Assembly (NCBI GenBank): GCA_963775435.1
Contig: CAVZIZ010000015.1
Location: 13,065-77,064, forward strand
Direction of reading: 5' to 3'
DNA length: 64,000 nucleotides
Source of the DNA: an uncultured Chloroflexia bacterium
GTDB lineage: Bacteria > Chloroflexota > Anaerolineae > Anaerolineales > Villigracilaceae
This document shows, one piece after another, positions 49,521 to 62,800 of the stretch. The notes under the pieces are model-generated. The model did no database searches, was not told the origin of the DNA, and saw only the letters and a list, made by a program, of their open reading frames with translations. Each line of letters starts with the position of its first letter. Position 1 is the stretch's first letter. A program made the translations under genes and the position numbers.

Positions 49521-52414
49521 TTGAAAGGGAAGCCAGCAGTAAATCCACGGCCATCTCAAACCGCCCTCTTTCGTCTTTCTTCGCTTTTACTCGTCGCCGG
49601 CCTCCTGTTCTCGAGCTCTGGACCGGGCGCCTTAGCCGCGCACGCACAGGACACCGGTCTCGCAACTCCAACGCCGACCTCTCCCGCTCCGACGCTTGAA
49701 ACCGCCCCGGAAAGCCGCGCTACAGCTACGGTCGAGGCGCCTCTGCCTACCGAGCAGGCAGCCGAGTCCACGCTCACGCCGGAGCCCGTCGATACCGCGG
49801 CCGTCGCAGCGCCGACCGAGGCATCGCCCACCGAGACCTCGTCGGAATCTCTTCCGACTCTGCCAGTGGTGGAGCCCATCGCCACCGAGACGGCGGTGGA
49901 GGCTCCGCTCGCAGAAGCGCCCGCAGAATTCGTGCCTTCGGCTCCCGGCGTACCATCGGGCACTGCCCGCTTTGGCATCATCGGCGATTTTGCCGAGGGC
50001 CCCGATTTGCTGGACGTTTCAAACGTGATCAAGGGCTGGTCGCCCGACTTCATCGTTACGGTTGGCGACAACACCTACGGCGATATCTGGGGTGAGGATC
50101 TCGACGACGACGTCGGGCAGTACTTCCATTCCTTCATATATCCGTACGTCGGGAGCTACGGGCAGGGCGCCACCAGCAACAAGTTCTGGCCCACGCTGGG
50201 CAATCACGACTGGGTCGTGATCAACGAGTACCTCTCCTACTTCACGCTCCCGGGCAACGAACGCTACTACGAGTTTGCCCGCGGACCCGTGGATTTCTTC
50301 ATCCTGGATAGCGACACGCATGAGCCGGATGGCTACAGGCAGAACTCCGCGCAGGCGGCCTGGTTCCACGCCGCCATCGCTGCCTCGCCGTACCCCTGGA
50401 AGCTCGTGTTCCTGCACAACCCGCCGTACACCTCCGGCTCCTCTTTTCCATCCAATACAAATGTGCAGTGGCCGTTCAAATCCTGGGGCGCCAGCGCGGT
50501 CTTCGCCGGCCACAACCATGTCTATGAGCGCATCGTTCCGCCCACCCAGGGCATTCTCTTCTTTGTCAACGGTCTCGGCGGGAGCACAATCAGCGACTTC
50601 AACAGTTCCCAGGTCGCCGGCGAACAATTCCGCTACAACAACGATTTCGGCGCCATGCGTGTGGATGCCACGCATGTCCGACATCACGTTTCAATTCAGG
50701 GACGAGAATGGCAACCTGATCGACACGGTTTCGCGTTCCATCCCGACGATCTCCGGCAACGCCGGCGTGGGCGGTGCGACGTTGAGCTACACGGACCTTG
50801 GCGGCCCGCAGACCGCCACGGCCGACGTCAACGGCAACTACTCGTTCACGGTGGCCTACAACTGGTCCGGCACCGTGACGCCGTCCAAGGCTGGATACAG
50901 CTTCACGCAGCCCAGCAGGACGTATACAAATCTGCTGGCGAACACCTCCAATCAGAACTACACCGCAACGGCTCTCAACTTCTCACGATCTCCGGCAATG
51001 CGGGCGTCGGCGGGCGCGACCCTGAGCTATGACGATGGCGGCCCGCAAACCGCGACCGCGGATGGCAGCGGCGGCTATTCGTTCACCGTTCCGAATGGCT
51101 GGTCCGGCACGGTGACGCCATCCCTGTCCGGCTACGCTTTCCTGCCTGAATACAGGGACTACAGCAATGTGGCCGCCGACCTGCCTGGTCAGGACTACAG
51201 TGCGGGCAACATCAGTGTCCGGGTGGCGGACAGCCTGACGGGTACCTACAACCTTGGCAGCGTTGAAACGACCGCGGATTCCTATCCGTCCCTGCTGGAT
51301 GGTCCGGTGAAGGTCAAGGACGAGAACGGGGACCCGATCTTCACGAGCCAGGTCGTGCTCTCCGGCCCGGGCAACAGCTTCAACGAGACCATGGGCTATC
51401 CGGTGGATCAGTTCGCCACGGACTACTGGTTCCCATACTACGACCACGGCTATCCGTCTGTCGGCGGGGATAATGTCCGCACCTGGATCCTGGTCGGCAA
51501 CCCCGAGCGAAAGCAGCACCGCCACGGTGAACATCTACATCGGCGGTGTGGAGCAGTCCGGGCAGTCCGTTCGGCATACCGCCAGGCGGCAACGTGACGC
51601 CGCGCTGGATCGGGACGATCGGTGGCCCGGTGCACGTATCGAGCGATATCCCCGTGTTTGCGAGCGAGAGGGTGTTCACGGTGCCCGACGACAGCTTCAG
51701 CGAGATGATGGGCTACCCCGCCGATCAATTCACCACGGAGTACTGGTTCCCCTGGTACAACTCGATCAACATGGACAGCAGCCTCAAGGTGGGCAACACC
51801 AGTTCAAGCCAGGCGGCGGACGTGGATATCTACATCGGCAGCACTTTCGAGGGATCGTATTCGGTGCCCGCGGACGGGAGCATCTCGGAGAGCTACCCCG
51901 GCACGCTGGATGGACCGGTGCGGGTGGTGTCGACCAACGGAATTGATATCGTGGCCAGCCAGTGGACGCTCTCGGGCAGCAGCAACAGCTTCAATGAAGT
52001 CATGGGCTGTCGCCGTTTGATCAGTTCACGACGGAGTACTGGTTCCCGTGGTACGACCATGGGTACCCCAATGTGAGTGGGGACAACGTGAGGACGTGGG
52101 TGCTGGTGGGCAACCCGGACACGAGCGCGACTGCAACGGTGCACATCTACATTGACGGCGTGGAGCAGGCGGGCAGTCCGTTCAGCATACTCCCCGGCGA
52201 GAATGTTACGCCGCGCTGGATCGGCACGGTCGGCGGGCCGGTGCACGTGGTCAGCGACATCCCGGTGTTTGCGAGCGAGCGCGTGTTCACGGTGCCGGAG
52301 GACAGCTTCAACGAAGTGATGGGCTACCCGGCGGATCAGCTCACGGACGAGTACTGGTTTCCATGGTACAACTCGATCAACATGCAGAACAGTATCTTGA
52401 TCAGCAGGCCATAG
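49521..52414 (+). CDS. Secreted WFPWYD-tail protein D: calcineurin-like metallophosphoesterase head, two GWSGTVTPS spacer repeats, 4-unit tail; at least five apparent frameshifts
   Basis: TTG start, signal peptide and a PT/E-rich linker. The head has GDFAEG...VGDNTYGD...LGNHDW...FLHNPPYTSG...AGHNHVYER. Reading continues through listed ORFs 50275.., 51546.. and 52073.., ending WFPWYNSINMQNSILISRP-TAG. Confidence 0.65.
51208..52414 (+). repeat. Four-unit WFPWYD tail of gene D
   Basis: WFP.Y(D/N) motifs lie near 51430, 51745, 52030 and 52355. Confidence 0.8.
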
Positions 52415-52642
52415 TGCAGCCGGACTGTCATGGGCGATTCGGGCCTCGATGCCGGGTCGCGTGGTGAGTAGAACCCGGCAGGGGGCGCAGGCGTAGGCCT
52501 GGCAGTCCGGGGCGCGACCGGCGATGCGGTTATACTCATGGCGGCGCGCCCTCCGGGGCATTTTCGCCCCCGGCGCCGTGCTCCGGGTGCGATGGTACCT
52601 TCCGGGGCATTGATATCCGCCCGCCCACGTGACGTTTGCCCC

Positions 52643-52671
52643 TTGAATCGGGAACCCGTGCGGTGTAGTAT
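52643..52671 (+). promoter_or_regulatory. Candidate sigma-70 promoter of gene E
   Basis: TTGAAT (52643-52648), a 17-nt spacer, then TAGTAT (52666-52671), 37 nt before the ATG at 52708. Confidence 0.45.
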
Positions 52672-52707
52672 GATAGGCGGTCTGTCTATTCCGTAGGGAG
52701 AAAAACG

Positions 52708-55700
52708 ATGAGCCACCTCGGCCCTCAAAAGTCGCTCTTCAAGCTGTTTTCGTATCGTTCTGCTCGTCAGCCTTGTGCTGACGACCCTGGCGGGCGCGGG
52801 AAACATCACGGCACGCGCCCAGGAGGCCGGCACGGACACCCCGCCGGCCGCGCCCACCGCCACGGAGCCGGCCCCCACGGAGCCGGCTGCCACGCCGGCG
52901 CCCACCGATGCCGCTCCAGCGGACACGGCGACGGCAACGGAAGCGGCTCCAACAGTCGAGGTCACGGCCCCGATCCGAGGCCCCCACGGTCGAGGCGCCC
53001 ACGGCCGCAGCGCCCGCATTGCTGGCGCCGCAGCAGCCGCTGACGGGCGCCGCAACGACGACTCACTATGCCATGCCGGGCGCATCCTCAAGCAATGATT
53101 GCAGCAGCTGGGCGAGTGCCTGCGATCTGCAGACCGCGCTGACTTGGCCCCCCGATTGGCCGTCGGGTAAGATCATCCGGCTTTCGGGAGGCGTCTACAC
53201 ACCCCATGCCAACAATCGCTCCATAAGCTTCGAGATCACGCAGAACAACAACGGCGTCGCCCTGTACGGCGGCTACGTCGGTGGGGTGGGCGGCAACGCC
53301 AACAACCGGGATCCCGGGGTGTACAAGACGATCCTCAGCGGCAACATCGACGACCTTGGAACCAACGGACGATAATTCCTACCACGTCGTGAAGGTGGAT
53401 GCAAACACCACGGCGACATTCGATGGCCTGACGATTGCCAATGGAAACGCCAATGCCGGCACCGGCTCGGGCACCGATAACTATCTCGGCGGCGGGCTCT
53501 ACGCCTACGGCACCGTCACCCTGCATGACGTGACTTTCGACAGCAACTCGGCGCGTTACGGCGGCGGCATGGAGAATGCCGGTCCGTCCGTATCCACGCT
53601 GACGAACGTGACGTTCGTTGACAACTATGCCTACACGGATGGCGGCGCCATGGACAATGCCCAGGGCAGCCAGCCGACCGTCACCAACGCGACCTTCGCG
53701 TACAACGAGGCCGTCGGCAACGGCGGCGCCATATCCAACTCCACCAACTCCCTCGTGCTCAGGAACGTTACCCTGAGCGGCAACACGGCCGCCCACGGCG
53801 GCGCGATCGTCAACACCAACAGCAACCCGCAGATCTACGACACCATATTCTGGGGCAACGGCCCCGCTCTGCCGTTCTGGTACGTCGGCACCGCCGCGCC
53901 CACGATCGTGGATAGCATCGTCTACAACGGCTGTCCCACGGGTGCGCCCGTGTGTATCAACGTGATCAACCTTGACCCGTTGCTGGCAGAGGATGTGAGT
54001 GGCAATCCTATCCTGGCGGACAACGGCGGCAACACCGAGACCATCGCCATCGGCGCCACGTCGCCGGCCAAGGACGCGGGCAACGCCAGCGTCGGCTTCA
54101 CGAACGCGTGTGCTTCCACCGACCAGCGCGGCGTCACCCGGCCGCAAGGCACGGCCTGTGACATCGGCGCGTATGAGATCATCCAGCACACGATCGCTGG
54201 AAATGCGGGTGTTCCTGGAGCGAACCTGCACTACGTTGGCACCGGCGGCAGCAGTGGCATCAGTGGCAACGTCACCGCGAACGGCAGCGGCGACTACTCG
54301 TTCTATGTCCCGGACGGCTGGTCGGGTACGGTGACGCCGTCCAAATCCGGATACACATTCGTACCGGTCTCCAGGACCTACAGCAATGTGACGACGGACC
54401 TGCTGAGTGAGAACTACACGGCCTACGTGGCGATTTCGGGCGCGATTACGTGGCTCACCGGGCGGACCGGCTTCCAGCCTGTGTGCCACCGTAACTCTTT
54501 CCTGGGACGACGGCGGCGCACAGTCCAAGCATCCCTCCTACTCCGGTGGCAACTGCACGTATAGCATCACCGTCCCTTACAACTGGATCGGCACTGTCAC
54601 GCCCTCGCTCACTGGCTACACTTTACTCCGACCCAGATCGCTACACCAACATCACGGCGGCTGCTACCGGCCAGGACTATGCCGCCAGCATCATCACCTA
54701 CACAATCACCGGAAACGTGAGCGGCCCCTGGGCGATTACTCGGTCGTCACGCTTTCCTGGACCGACGGCACGGCAAAGACCACAATCCCGGTGTGCGGCG
54801 GCGCCTATAGCATCACGATCCCGTACGGTTGGGGCGGGACGGTCACGCCATCACTCGCCAACTACACGTTCACTCCTGGCTCCAGGGCCTACTCGAATGT
54901 TACAGGCCCCTGGACAAGCCAGAACTACGTCGCTGCGCCAGCCATTACGATCTCGGGCTGGATTCTCGGAGGATTGAGTTCTGTCCTGTGCCCGCTAGTT
55001 ACCTTGTCCTGGACAGACGGCGGGGCAAAGACGGCTCATCCCGCGTATTCCGCTGGCACCTGCACGTACTCAATTCTGGTGTCAAATCCATTTACCGGCA
55101 CCGTGACGCCCTCGCTGCCCGGTTACGCTTTCACGCCGCCCTCGAGATCCTACGTCGCGATCAGCACGAATTCAAACGGTCCAAGACTACACCGCCGCTG
55201 TCGTGACGATATCTGGCGCCATTACGGGAGCTTCGAGTTCCAGCAACTGCACCACCGCCGTGACGCTCACTTGGACGGACAACGGTGCCCAGAGCATGCA
55301 ACCCACATGGTCCTCGCCCAACTGCACATATAGTCTCAAGGTGCCCAGCGGTTGGACCGGATCCGTGATCCTTCTCGATCTGGCGGTTATACGTTTGGCC
55401 CCGATCACAGGGCCTACAGCAGCATTGTCTCAAATCAGACGGGGCAGGACTACGCGATGCAGTCGCCCGTTACGATCGCAGGTAACGTCAGTGGATCCGG
55501 CCTTTGGGCCTAGTCTGCCAGAATGTGGACTTGACATATTCGACGGATCGACAAAGGTGGTCCACCCGAGCTTCTTAGCTACAACTACACATTTACCGTT
55601 CCCTACGATCGGTGAACAGTTGACTCCCACATATTCGGCTACACCTTTTCGCCGACGAACAGGACGTACTCGAACGTCACCAGCAACCAGTCCAGCCAGA

Positions 55701-56924
55701 ACTACGCTGCCAGCTCCACAGCTACTCCCATCAATGTCACCGTCGGCAATACCATGGTGGGCACCTACGATCTTCAAAGCGATGAGACGACCACCGATGC
55801 CTACCCGTCTTTGATCAACGGGCCGGTCAAGGTCGTCGACACGGGCGGCAACCCGATCCTCACGAGCCAGGCTGTGGACTCCGGCGGAAGCTATAACGAG
55901 ACAATGAGCTATCCGGTCGATCAATTCACAACCGACTACTGGTTCCCCTGGTACGACCACGGCTACCCAGCCGTCGCAGGCGACAATGTACGTACGTGGG
56001 TGCTGGTGGGCAACCCGAGCACGAGCACGACGGCCGTCGTGAACATCTACATCGGAGGCGTGCTGCAGTCCGGCAGTCCGTTCAGCATCCCTGCGGGCGG
56101 CAATGTCGACTCCGCGCTGGATCGGGACCGTCGGCGGGCCGGTGCATGTGTCAAGTGACATTCCGGTGTTTGCCAGCGAGCGCGTCTTTACGGTGCCGGA
56201 CAACAGCTTCAGCGAGATGATGGGCTATCCGGCGGACCAGTTCACGACCGAATACTGGTTCCCCTGGTACGACTCGATCAACATGAACAGCATCCTCAAA
56301 GTCGGCAACACCAGCTCAAGCCTGACCGCCAACGTCGATATATACATCGGCGCCGTCAAGGAGGGCTCGTACACCATTCCGCACGACCAGACGATAACGG
56401 AAACCTACCCGAGCGACCTGGACGGACCGGTGCGGGTGGTCGCTACCAACGGCATTAACATCGTGGCCAGCCAGTGGACCCTCTCCGGCACCACCAACAG
56501 CTTCAATGAGACCATGGGATATCCTTTCGATCAGTTCACGACGGATTACTGGTTCCCGTTCTACGATCACGGCTACCCGACGGTCAGTCGGCGACAACAT
56601 GCGTACGTGGGTGCTCGTCGGCAACCCGAGCGCAGCCTGGCCGCCACGGTTAACATCTATATCGACGGCGTCGTGCAGGCGGGCAGTCCCTTCAGCATTG
56701 CGGCGGGCGATCGGGTGACGCCGCGCTGGATTGGCACGACCGGCGGACCGGTGCACGTGGTGAGCGACATCCCGGTCTTCGCCAGCGAGCGTGTGTTCAC
56801 GGTCCCGAACAACAGCTTCAGCGAGATGATGGGTTATCCGGGCAATCAAGCTCACCGACGAATACTGGTTCCCCTGGTACGACTCGGTCAATATGGCCGA
56901 AGCATCCTGCTCAGTAGGCCGTAG
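52708..56924 (+). pseudogene. WFPWYD-tail protein E: right-handed beta-helix head, six or more GWxGTVTPS spacer repeats, 4-unit tail; ten or more frame changes as assembled
   Basis: ATG at 52708. The signal peptide is recovered after a shift (RIVLLVSLVLTTLAGAGNITARAQE), followed by a PT/A-rich linker. The head shows GGGMEN/GGAMDN/GGAISN/GGAIVN beta-helix rungs and DQRGVTRPQGTACDIGAYE. Spacer repeats span 54180-55730. The tail ends SILLSRP-TAG (56922-56924). Confidence 0.6.
55730..56924 (+). repeat. Four-unit WFPWYD tail of gene E
   Basis: WFP.YD motifs lie near 55940, 56260, 56550 and 56870. Confidence 0.8.
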
Positions 56925-56950
56925 TTCCGCCCGGCCCCGCAAGCGTACAG

Positions 56951-56986
56951 ACAGAGCCCGGGAGTAATTCCGGGCTCTGTTTATTT
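56951..56986 (+). terminator. Intrinsic terminator after gene E
   Basis: ACAGAGCCCGG-8 nt loop-CCGGGCTCTGT (11 bp) is followed by TTATTT. Confidence 0.7.
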
Positions 56987-57089
56987 AGTGGCAGTGTCGG
57001 CGTTCTCTGGTCGCTGAGCCGCCGGCTACAACGCCAATCTGGCGGCTTTTCAGAATTGCAATGTGGCGTGTCGTGCCTGCACGGCGCTC

Positions 57090-57095
57090 TATAAT
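57090..57095 (+). promoter_or_regulatory. Candidate -10 box upstream of gene F
   Basis: Perfect TATAAT 30 nt before the ATG at 57125. TTGCAA at 57056 is too far away (28-nt spacer). Confidence 0.3.
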
Positions 57096-57124
57096 CTTCA
57101 AGTCACCGGAGGGGATCACCGAAA

Positions 57125-59552
57125 ATGCCCACGCGCCGCGTATTATCCTGGTTGCAGGCAGCCCCATCCAGACTGGGACTTGCCGCTGCTAATCCTCGTC
57201 TCTCTCACGGCCTATTCCACGGCGCATGGCGCCGCGGCCGCATTGGAATTGCCCGCCTCTGCGCCCCCCAGCCTCTTCGGATGCACGATGTTTCCCGCCA
57301 ACAACATTTGGAACGTGCCGGTCGACACGCTGCCGGTGGACACGCATTCGAACGCCTGGATCAGTTCGATCGGCGCGGGCACCGGCTTGCACATGGACTT
57401 CGGCTCGGGGACATGGGACGGCGGGCCGATCGGAATCCCATACAATGCGGCCGACGCCGCCACACCGAAATACGCGGTCGACTTCTACTATGGGGACGAA
57501 TCCGACCCCGGTCCATATTCGATTCCCGCCAGCCCGCTCATCGAGTACAGCGGCGATCATCATTTGTTGGTTGTGGATCAGTCGACCTGCCGGCTCTATG
57601 AAATGTATGACGTGACCCACAACACCAACGGGTCCTGGTCCGGCGGTTCGGGCGCCGTCTGGGACCTGGGCTCCAATGCCCTGCGGCCGAACGGCTGGAC
57701 CTCGGCGGACGCGGCCGGCCTGCCGATCCTGCCCGGGCTCGTCCGTTACGATGAGGTGGCGGCCGGGGAGATCGATCACGCCATCCGTTTCACCGCAGAT
57801 TCCACCAACAGTTACATCTGGCCGGCCCGCCATCTGACCAGTGGAACGCCGGGCGTTCTCACCTCCACGCCGCCGATGGGCGCGCGTTTCCGGCTGAAGG
57901 CCTCCTTCAACATCTCGGGATATCCCGCCGATATGCAGGTGATCCTGCGGGCCATGAAGAAGTACGGCATCATCCTCGCCGACAACGGATCGGACTGGTT
58001 CATCTCCGGCGCGCCTGATCCTCGCTGGGACAACGACATGCTTCATCTATTGGACGGCATCACCGGCAGCAACTTCGAAGCGGTGAACGCTTCCGGATTG
58101 CAGGTGAGCGTCGACTCCGGTGCGACCAATGTCAGCATCACCATCTCGGGCAACGCGGGAATCGGCGCCGCGGCCGTGACGTACACTGGCGGCTCGACGA
58201 CTGCCGACGGCGGCGGCCACTACTCCATCACGGTCCCGTCCGGCTGGTCCGGCACTGTGACGCCCTCCAAGGCAGGCTCCGCATTCCGGCCTGAGCATAG
58301 AGACTACGCCAACCTGACGGCAGATCAGCCGAACCAGGACTATGCGGCTGGCACCGTCAGCGTGCGCATCGGAGCACCTCTGGCAGGCGTCTACAATATC
58401 CCCGGTGATGACTCGACTTCGGATTCCTACGCTTCACTGTTGGATGGGCCAGTGAAAGTGAAGGACGAGAATGGTTTCCCCATCTTTGCCAGCCAGGCCG
58501 TCACTTCGGGCAGCAGCTACAACGAGACTATGGGGTACCCGGTGGACCAGTTCACGACGGACTACTGGTTCCCCTTCTACGATCATGGGTACCCAACCGT
58601 TGGCGGCGACAACGTCCGCACGTGGATCCTGGTGGGCAATCCCAGCGACAGCACGGACGCCCATGTGAATATCTACATCGGGGGTGCGCTGCAGTCCGGC
58701 AGTCCGTTTACGATTTCGCCCGGCAGCCGGGTGACGCCGAGGCTGGATCGGGACGGTCGGCGGTCCGGTGCACGTCGCTAGCGACATTCCGGTGTTTGCC
58801 AGCGAGCGCGAGTTCACAGTGCCGGACAACAGCTTCAGCGAGATGATGGGCTACCCGGCGAACCAGCTCACCGCGGAATACTGGTTCCCGTGGTACAACT
58901 CGATCAACATGGACACCAGCATCAAGGTCGGCAACACCAACTCGGGCCAGACGGCGAACAGTGGATATCTACATTGGTGCGACGCACGAGGGGCAGTACG
59001 TGATCCCGGCCGACGGGACGATTTCGCAGTCCTACCCGAGCACGCTGGACGGACCGGTGCGGGTGGTGAAGACCAGCGGCGGGGCCATCGTGACCAGCCA
59101 GTGGACCCTGTCTGGGACCAACAACAGCTTCAACGAGATCATGGGCTATCCGGCGGATCAGTTCACGACCGAGTACTGGTTCCCGTACTATGACCACGGC
59201 TACCCCGTGGTGGGCGGGGATAATATGCGTACGTGGGTGCTGGTGGGCAACCCGAGCGGGAGCACCGACGCCCATGTGCACATCTACATCGACGGAGCCG
59301 AGCAGCTCAACAGTCCGTTCACGGTGCCGCCGGGAGACCGGGTGACCCCCCGTTGGATCGGGATGGTCGGTGGGCCGGTGCACGTGGTGAGTGACATCCC
59401 GGTATTCACCAGCGAGCGGGTGTTCACGGTGCCGGAGGACAGCTTCAACGAGATGATGGGCTACCCGGCAAATCAGCTCGTTTCGGAATACTGGTTCCCC
59501 TGGTACGAACTCGATCAACATGGCCAACAGCATCCTGATGAGCAGGCCGTAG
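57125..59552 (+). CDS. Secreted WFPWYD-tail protein F: unknown conserved head, one GWSGTVTPS spacer repeat, 4-unit tail; about four or more apparent frameshifts; start uncertain
   Basis: GGAGGGG RBS before the ATG at 57125 (MPTRRVLSWLQAAPSRLGLAAA), which then shifts into listed ORF 57063..58781 (LILVSLTAYSTAHG...MFPANNIWNVPVD...ILADNGSDWFISG). The tail runs through ORFs 58768.. and 58961... The corrected end is DSINMANSILMSRP-TAG (59550-59552). Confidence 0.6.
58353..59552 (+). repeat. Four-unit WFPWYD tail of gene F
   Basis: WFP.Y(D/N) motifs lie near 58565, 58885, 59175 and 59495. Units 3-4 closely match gene A units 3-4. Confidence 0.8.
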
Positions 59553-59580
59553 GGCAAATCAGACCGGCACGACGATAGAC

Positions 59581-59620
59581 ACACAGCCCGGACATTGGTC
59601 CGGGCTGTGTAATTCTTTCC
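59581..59620 (+). terminator. Hairpin after gene F
   Basis: ACACAGCCCGGAC pairs with GTCCGGGCTGTGT (12-13 bp) and is followed by AATTCTTTCC. Confidence 0.55.
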
Positions 59621-59802
59621 GGAGGCCCAGCCGGTTGCCCCAGTCTGGGTTGTGCGAAATCCCGCAAATACCTTAAAGATTACTTAATCCCGATAATGTC
59701 TATGTTATAAGCCGTCTTAATCTACACCGATCCCTCTGATGTTTCCAGGCTCGAAGTCCGGAAACCGGGGGTGTTTCTTGTTGTGCGATGGAGGAGAGCG
59801 TG

Positions 59803-62800
59803 ATGAGGGCCCAATTCCACTTGGATTGTTTCGCGATTTATTCTTCGGGTGCTGGTTCTGGCGGCATTATTGGTATCGTGTTGGGCGGAAGCTTGGGGGT
59901 CACGCCGGCGCGGGCCGCCGGTCCAATTGTCGTCAACACCACCGACGGAGGCGCCGCCAACGACGCCTTCTGTTCGCTCTACGAGGCCATCTCCAACGCC
60001 AACGACGACGGGGTAGACCATTCGAATGGCGCCTGCGTGCTCGGCTCGGGCAGTGACACGATCAGATTCGATGATGCTCTCGGGACAGCGACGATCACTC
60101 TCACGGGGGCGCTGCCTGTCGATTAACGACAATTTGGTCATCGACGGGGGCGGAGACATTACGGTTGACGGCGACGATACGTACCGCGTGTTTGAGGCTA
60201 ACAACACCCTCGAGCTGGACAATCTCACCGTGTCCGGCGGGTCGGGGGGTTCCGAGGGAGGCGGGGTACGGGTCAATGCAAGCGGCGATCTGACAGTCTC
60301 GCGTAGTACATTCGCCGGAAATTCGGCTGACAGCGGCGGTGGGGTGTACAACCTCGGTATCGTGCACATCGTCGGGAGCACCTTCAGCGCCAACGGCTCC
60401 GCTACCATCGATGGCGGCGGTGTATACGCAGTGTCCGGATCGCAAACGACCATCACCAGCAGCACTTTTTACGGCAACTCAGCAAGCGGGCAGGGCGGTG
60501 GCGTGCTCGTCGGAGGAACCGTCTGGATCTACGACAGTACGTTTAGCGGCAACAGCGCCTCGGCCGGCAAAGGCGCGGCCGTGCAGATCGACAGCGGTTT
60601 TATGTATGAGTACAACACGATCATGGCCAACAGCACGTCGGGAAAGGACTGCGATAACGTCGCCGGCTCTTCGAACACCGGCAACGACATAATCGAGTCC
60701 GCGACTAATTGTGCTTTCGACGGCGTCGCTGGCAACATCGTCGGGGTCGACCCACGTCTGGGCCCCCAGAACGGCTCGCCTGTCTACTTCCTGCTGGACA
60801 GCATTTCCCCTGCGATCGATGCAGGCTCGAACGACGATGTCCCCGGCGGCGTGACGTTGGATCAAGGCGGGTACACGCGCTTCACAGATGTTCCGTGGAG
60901 ATATGACACGGGTTCCGGAGCTGCCCCGATCGTGGACATCGGCGCGGCAGAATACCAATGGAACTGTATCCCTTACGCGCACATCTACGTGGACGCCAAT
61001 GCCTCCGGTGATTTCACGGGCAGTTCGTGGGCAAACGCCGTCAGCGACCTGCAGTTCGGCCTGGCTCTGGCCGCCGCGTGTCCCGGCAAGGAAGTCTGGG
61101 TAGCCGACGGCACGTACAAACCGGATGGCGCCAGCCCCGACGACCGCGCTCTCAGTTTCAACGTCCTTCCCGGGCTGCAGGTCTATGGCGGCTTTGCGGG
61201 CGGCGAGACGGATCTGGGCGATCGCGACCCGGTCCGCAAATATCGCCCATCTAAGCGGCGATATCGGCACCGCCCACATCCTTTCAGATAACTCGTACCA
61301 CGTGGTGTACATGGATGGCACAACCGGAACGACCATTACCTCCACCACCGTCCTGGACGGCTTCACCATTACCGACGGTTTCGCCAACGGTACGACGCCG
61401 GCCGACTCGGGAGCCGGCCTTTACTGCGACGGATCCCAATCCACCCATGAATGCAGCCCGAGGCTGGGAAATCTCACCTTCACCGGCGATCTTGCGAAAT
61501 ATGGGGGCGGCATCTACAACAATGGCACGCAGGGCGGGAAGGCCAACCCGACACTGGTGAACGTGACATTCAGCGAGAACAGCGCGGACGACAACGGGGG
61601 GGCGATGTACAACGCGGGCATGGACGGCGGAGCGAGCTCTCCGACCCTCACGGATGTGACCTTCGACGATAACGGTTCGGGTGGTGACGGCGGGGCGATG
61701 TATGACCATGGTTCGGGTGGTGGCACCAGCAGCCCAACACTGACCAACGTGATCTTTCATAATAACGGTGCAAGCAACGCCGGCGGGGCGATGGTCAACC
61801 AAGGCGACGACGGCACCAGCAACCCGACGCTTAGCAACGTGACCTTTGAGGCCAATAATACGCTCAATATCGGCGGCGCTGTCTACGACGACGCGGAGGG
61901 TTCTGGCACCAGCAGTCCCCAGTTCTACGACGTGACGTTTTCCAACAGCACTGCCAACACAGGCAGCGGTGGCGCCGTTTACAACTACGCCCTCGGCGCC
62001 TCGGCCACCAGCAGCCCGCTGTTCCACGGCGTGACCTTCAGCGACAATACCGCGGGTGGCAGCGGCGGCGCTGTGTACAACTACGGCTCCGGCGGGACCA
62101 GCAGCCCGCATTTCATCGACGTTACCTTCGCCCGTAATACCGCCGGCAGCTGCCGGAGGCGCTCTGTCCAACTACACCGATGACAGCGGTGTCAGCAGCC
62201 CCGGGCTCGTGGAGGTGACGTTCAGCGGCAACAATGCCGTCGTCGCCTGGGGCGGCGCCATGTTCAGCAGCGGAGTTGCCGGCACCAGCACGCCGACCCT
62301 CAGCAGCGTGATCATGACAGCCGACACATCGGGCGGTGGCGACGCCGGAGATCTCCAATGAGGCCGCCGTTCCGGTCATCGATTACAGCCTCATCGATGG
62401 CTCGGGAGGCAGCGGCGGCGGATGGCACTCCGTGTTGGGCACCGACGGCGGCTGGGAACCTGGATGCTGCCGGCAGCTTCTGGGGCCGCTGCAAGACAAT
62501 GGCGGCTTCACCAAGACCATGGCGCTGCTGCCGGGCTCCGCCGCAATCGATGCGGGTAGACCCCGTGACCTGTGTGGAGGGTGATCAGCGCGGTGTGCCA
62601 CGCCCGCAAGGATTGCAGTGCGACATGGGCGCTTATGAGGCCACGCCCGGCCACGTGGATGCATATATTGCCGACAACCTAAAGGGCACGTACAACATCG
62701 CCAGCGAGAGCACGACGACGGACGGTTACAGCTCTCAGTTGGACGGTCCGGTCAAGGTCAAAGAGGAGAACGGCCTGCCGATCTTCACCAGCCAGGCGGT

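Noticed and set aside
57063-57124. Listed start of ORF 57063..58781 as the start of gene F
   Set aside because: The first ~40 residues are Cys/Arg-rich and not signal-like, and the -10 box at 57090 would fall inside it. An RBS-preceded ATG at 57125 in a neighbouring frame gives a plausible signal peptide after one frame correction. The start is still uncertain.
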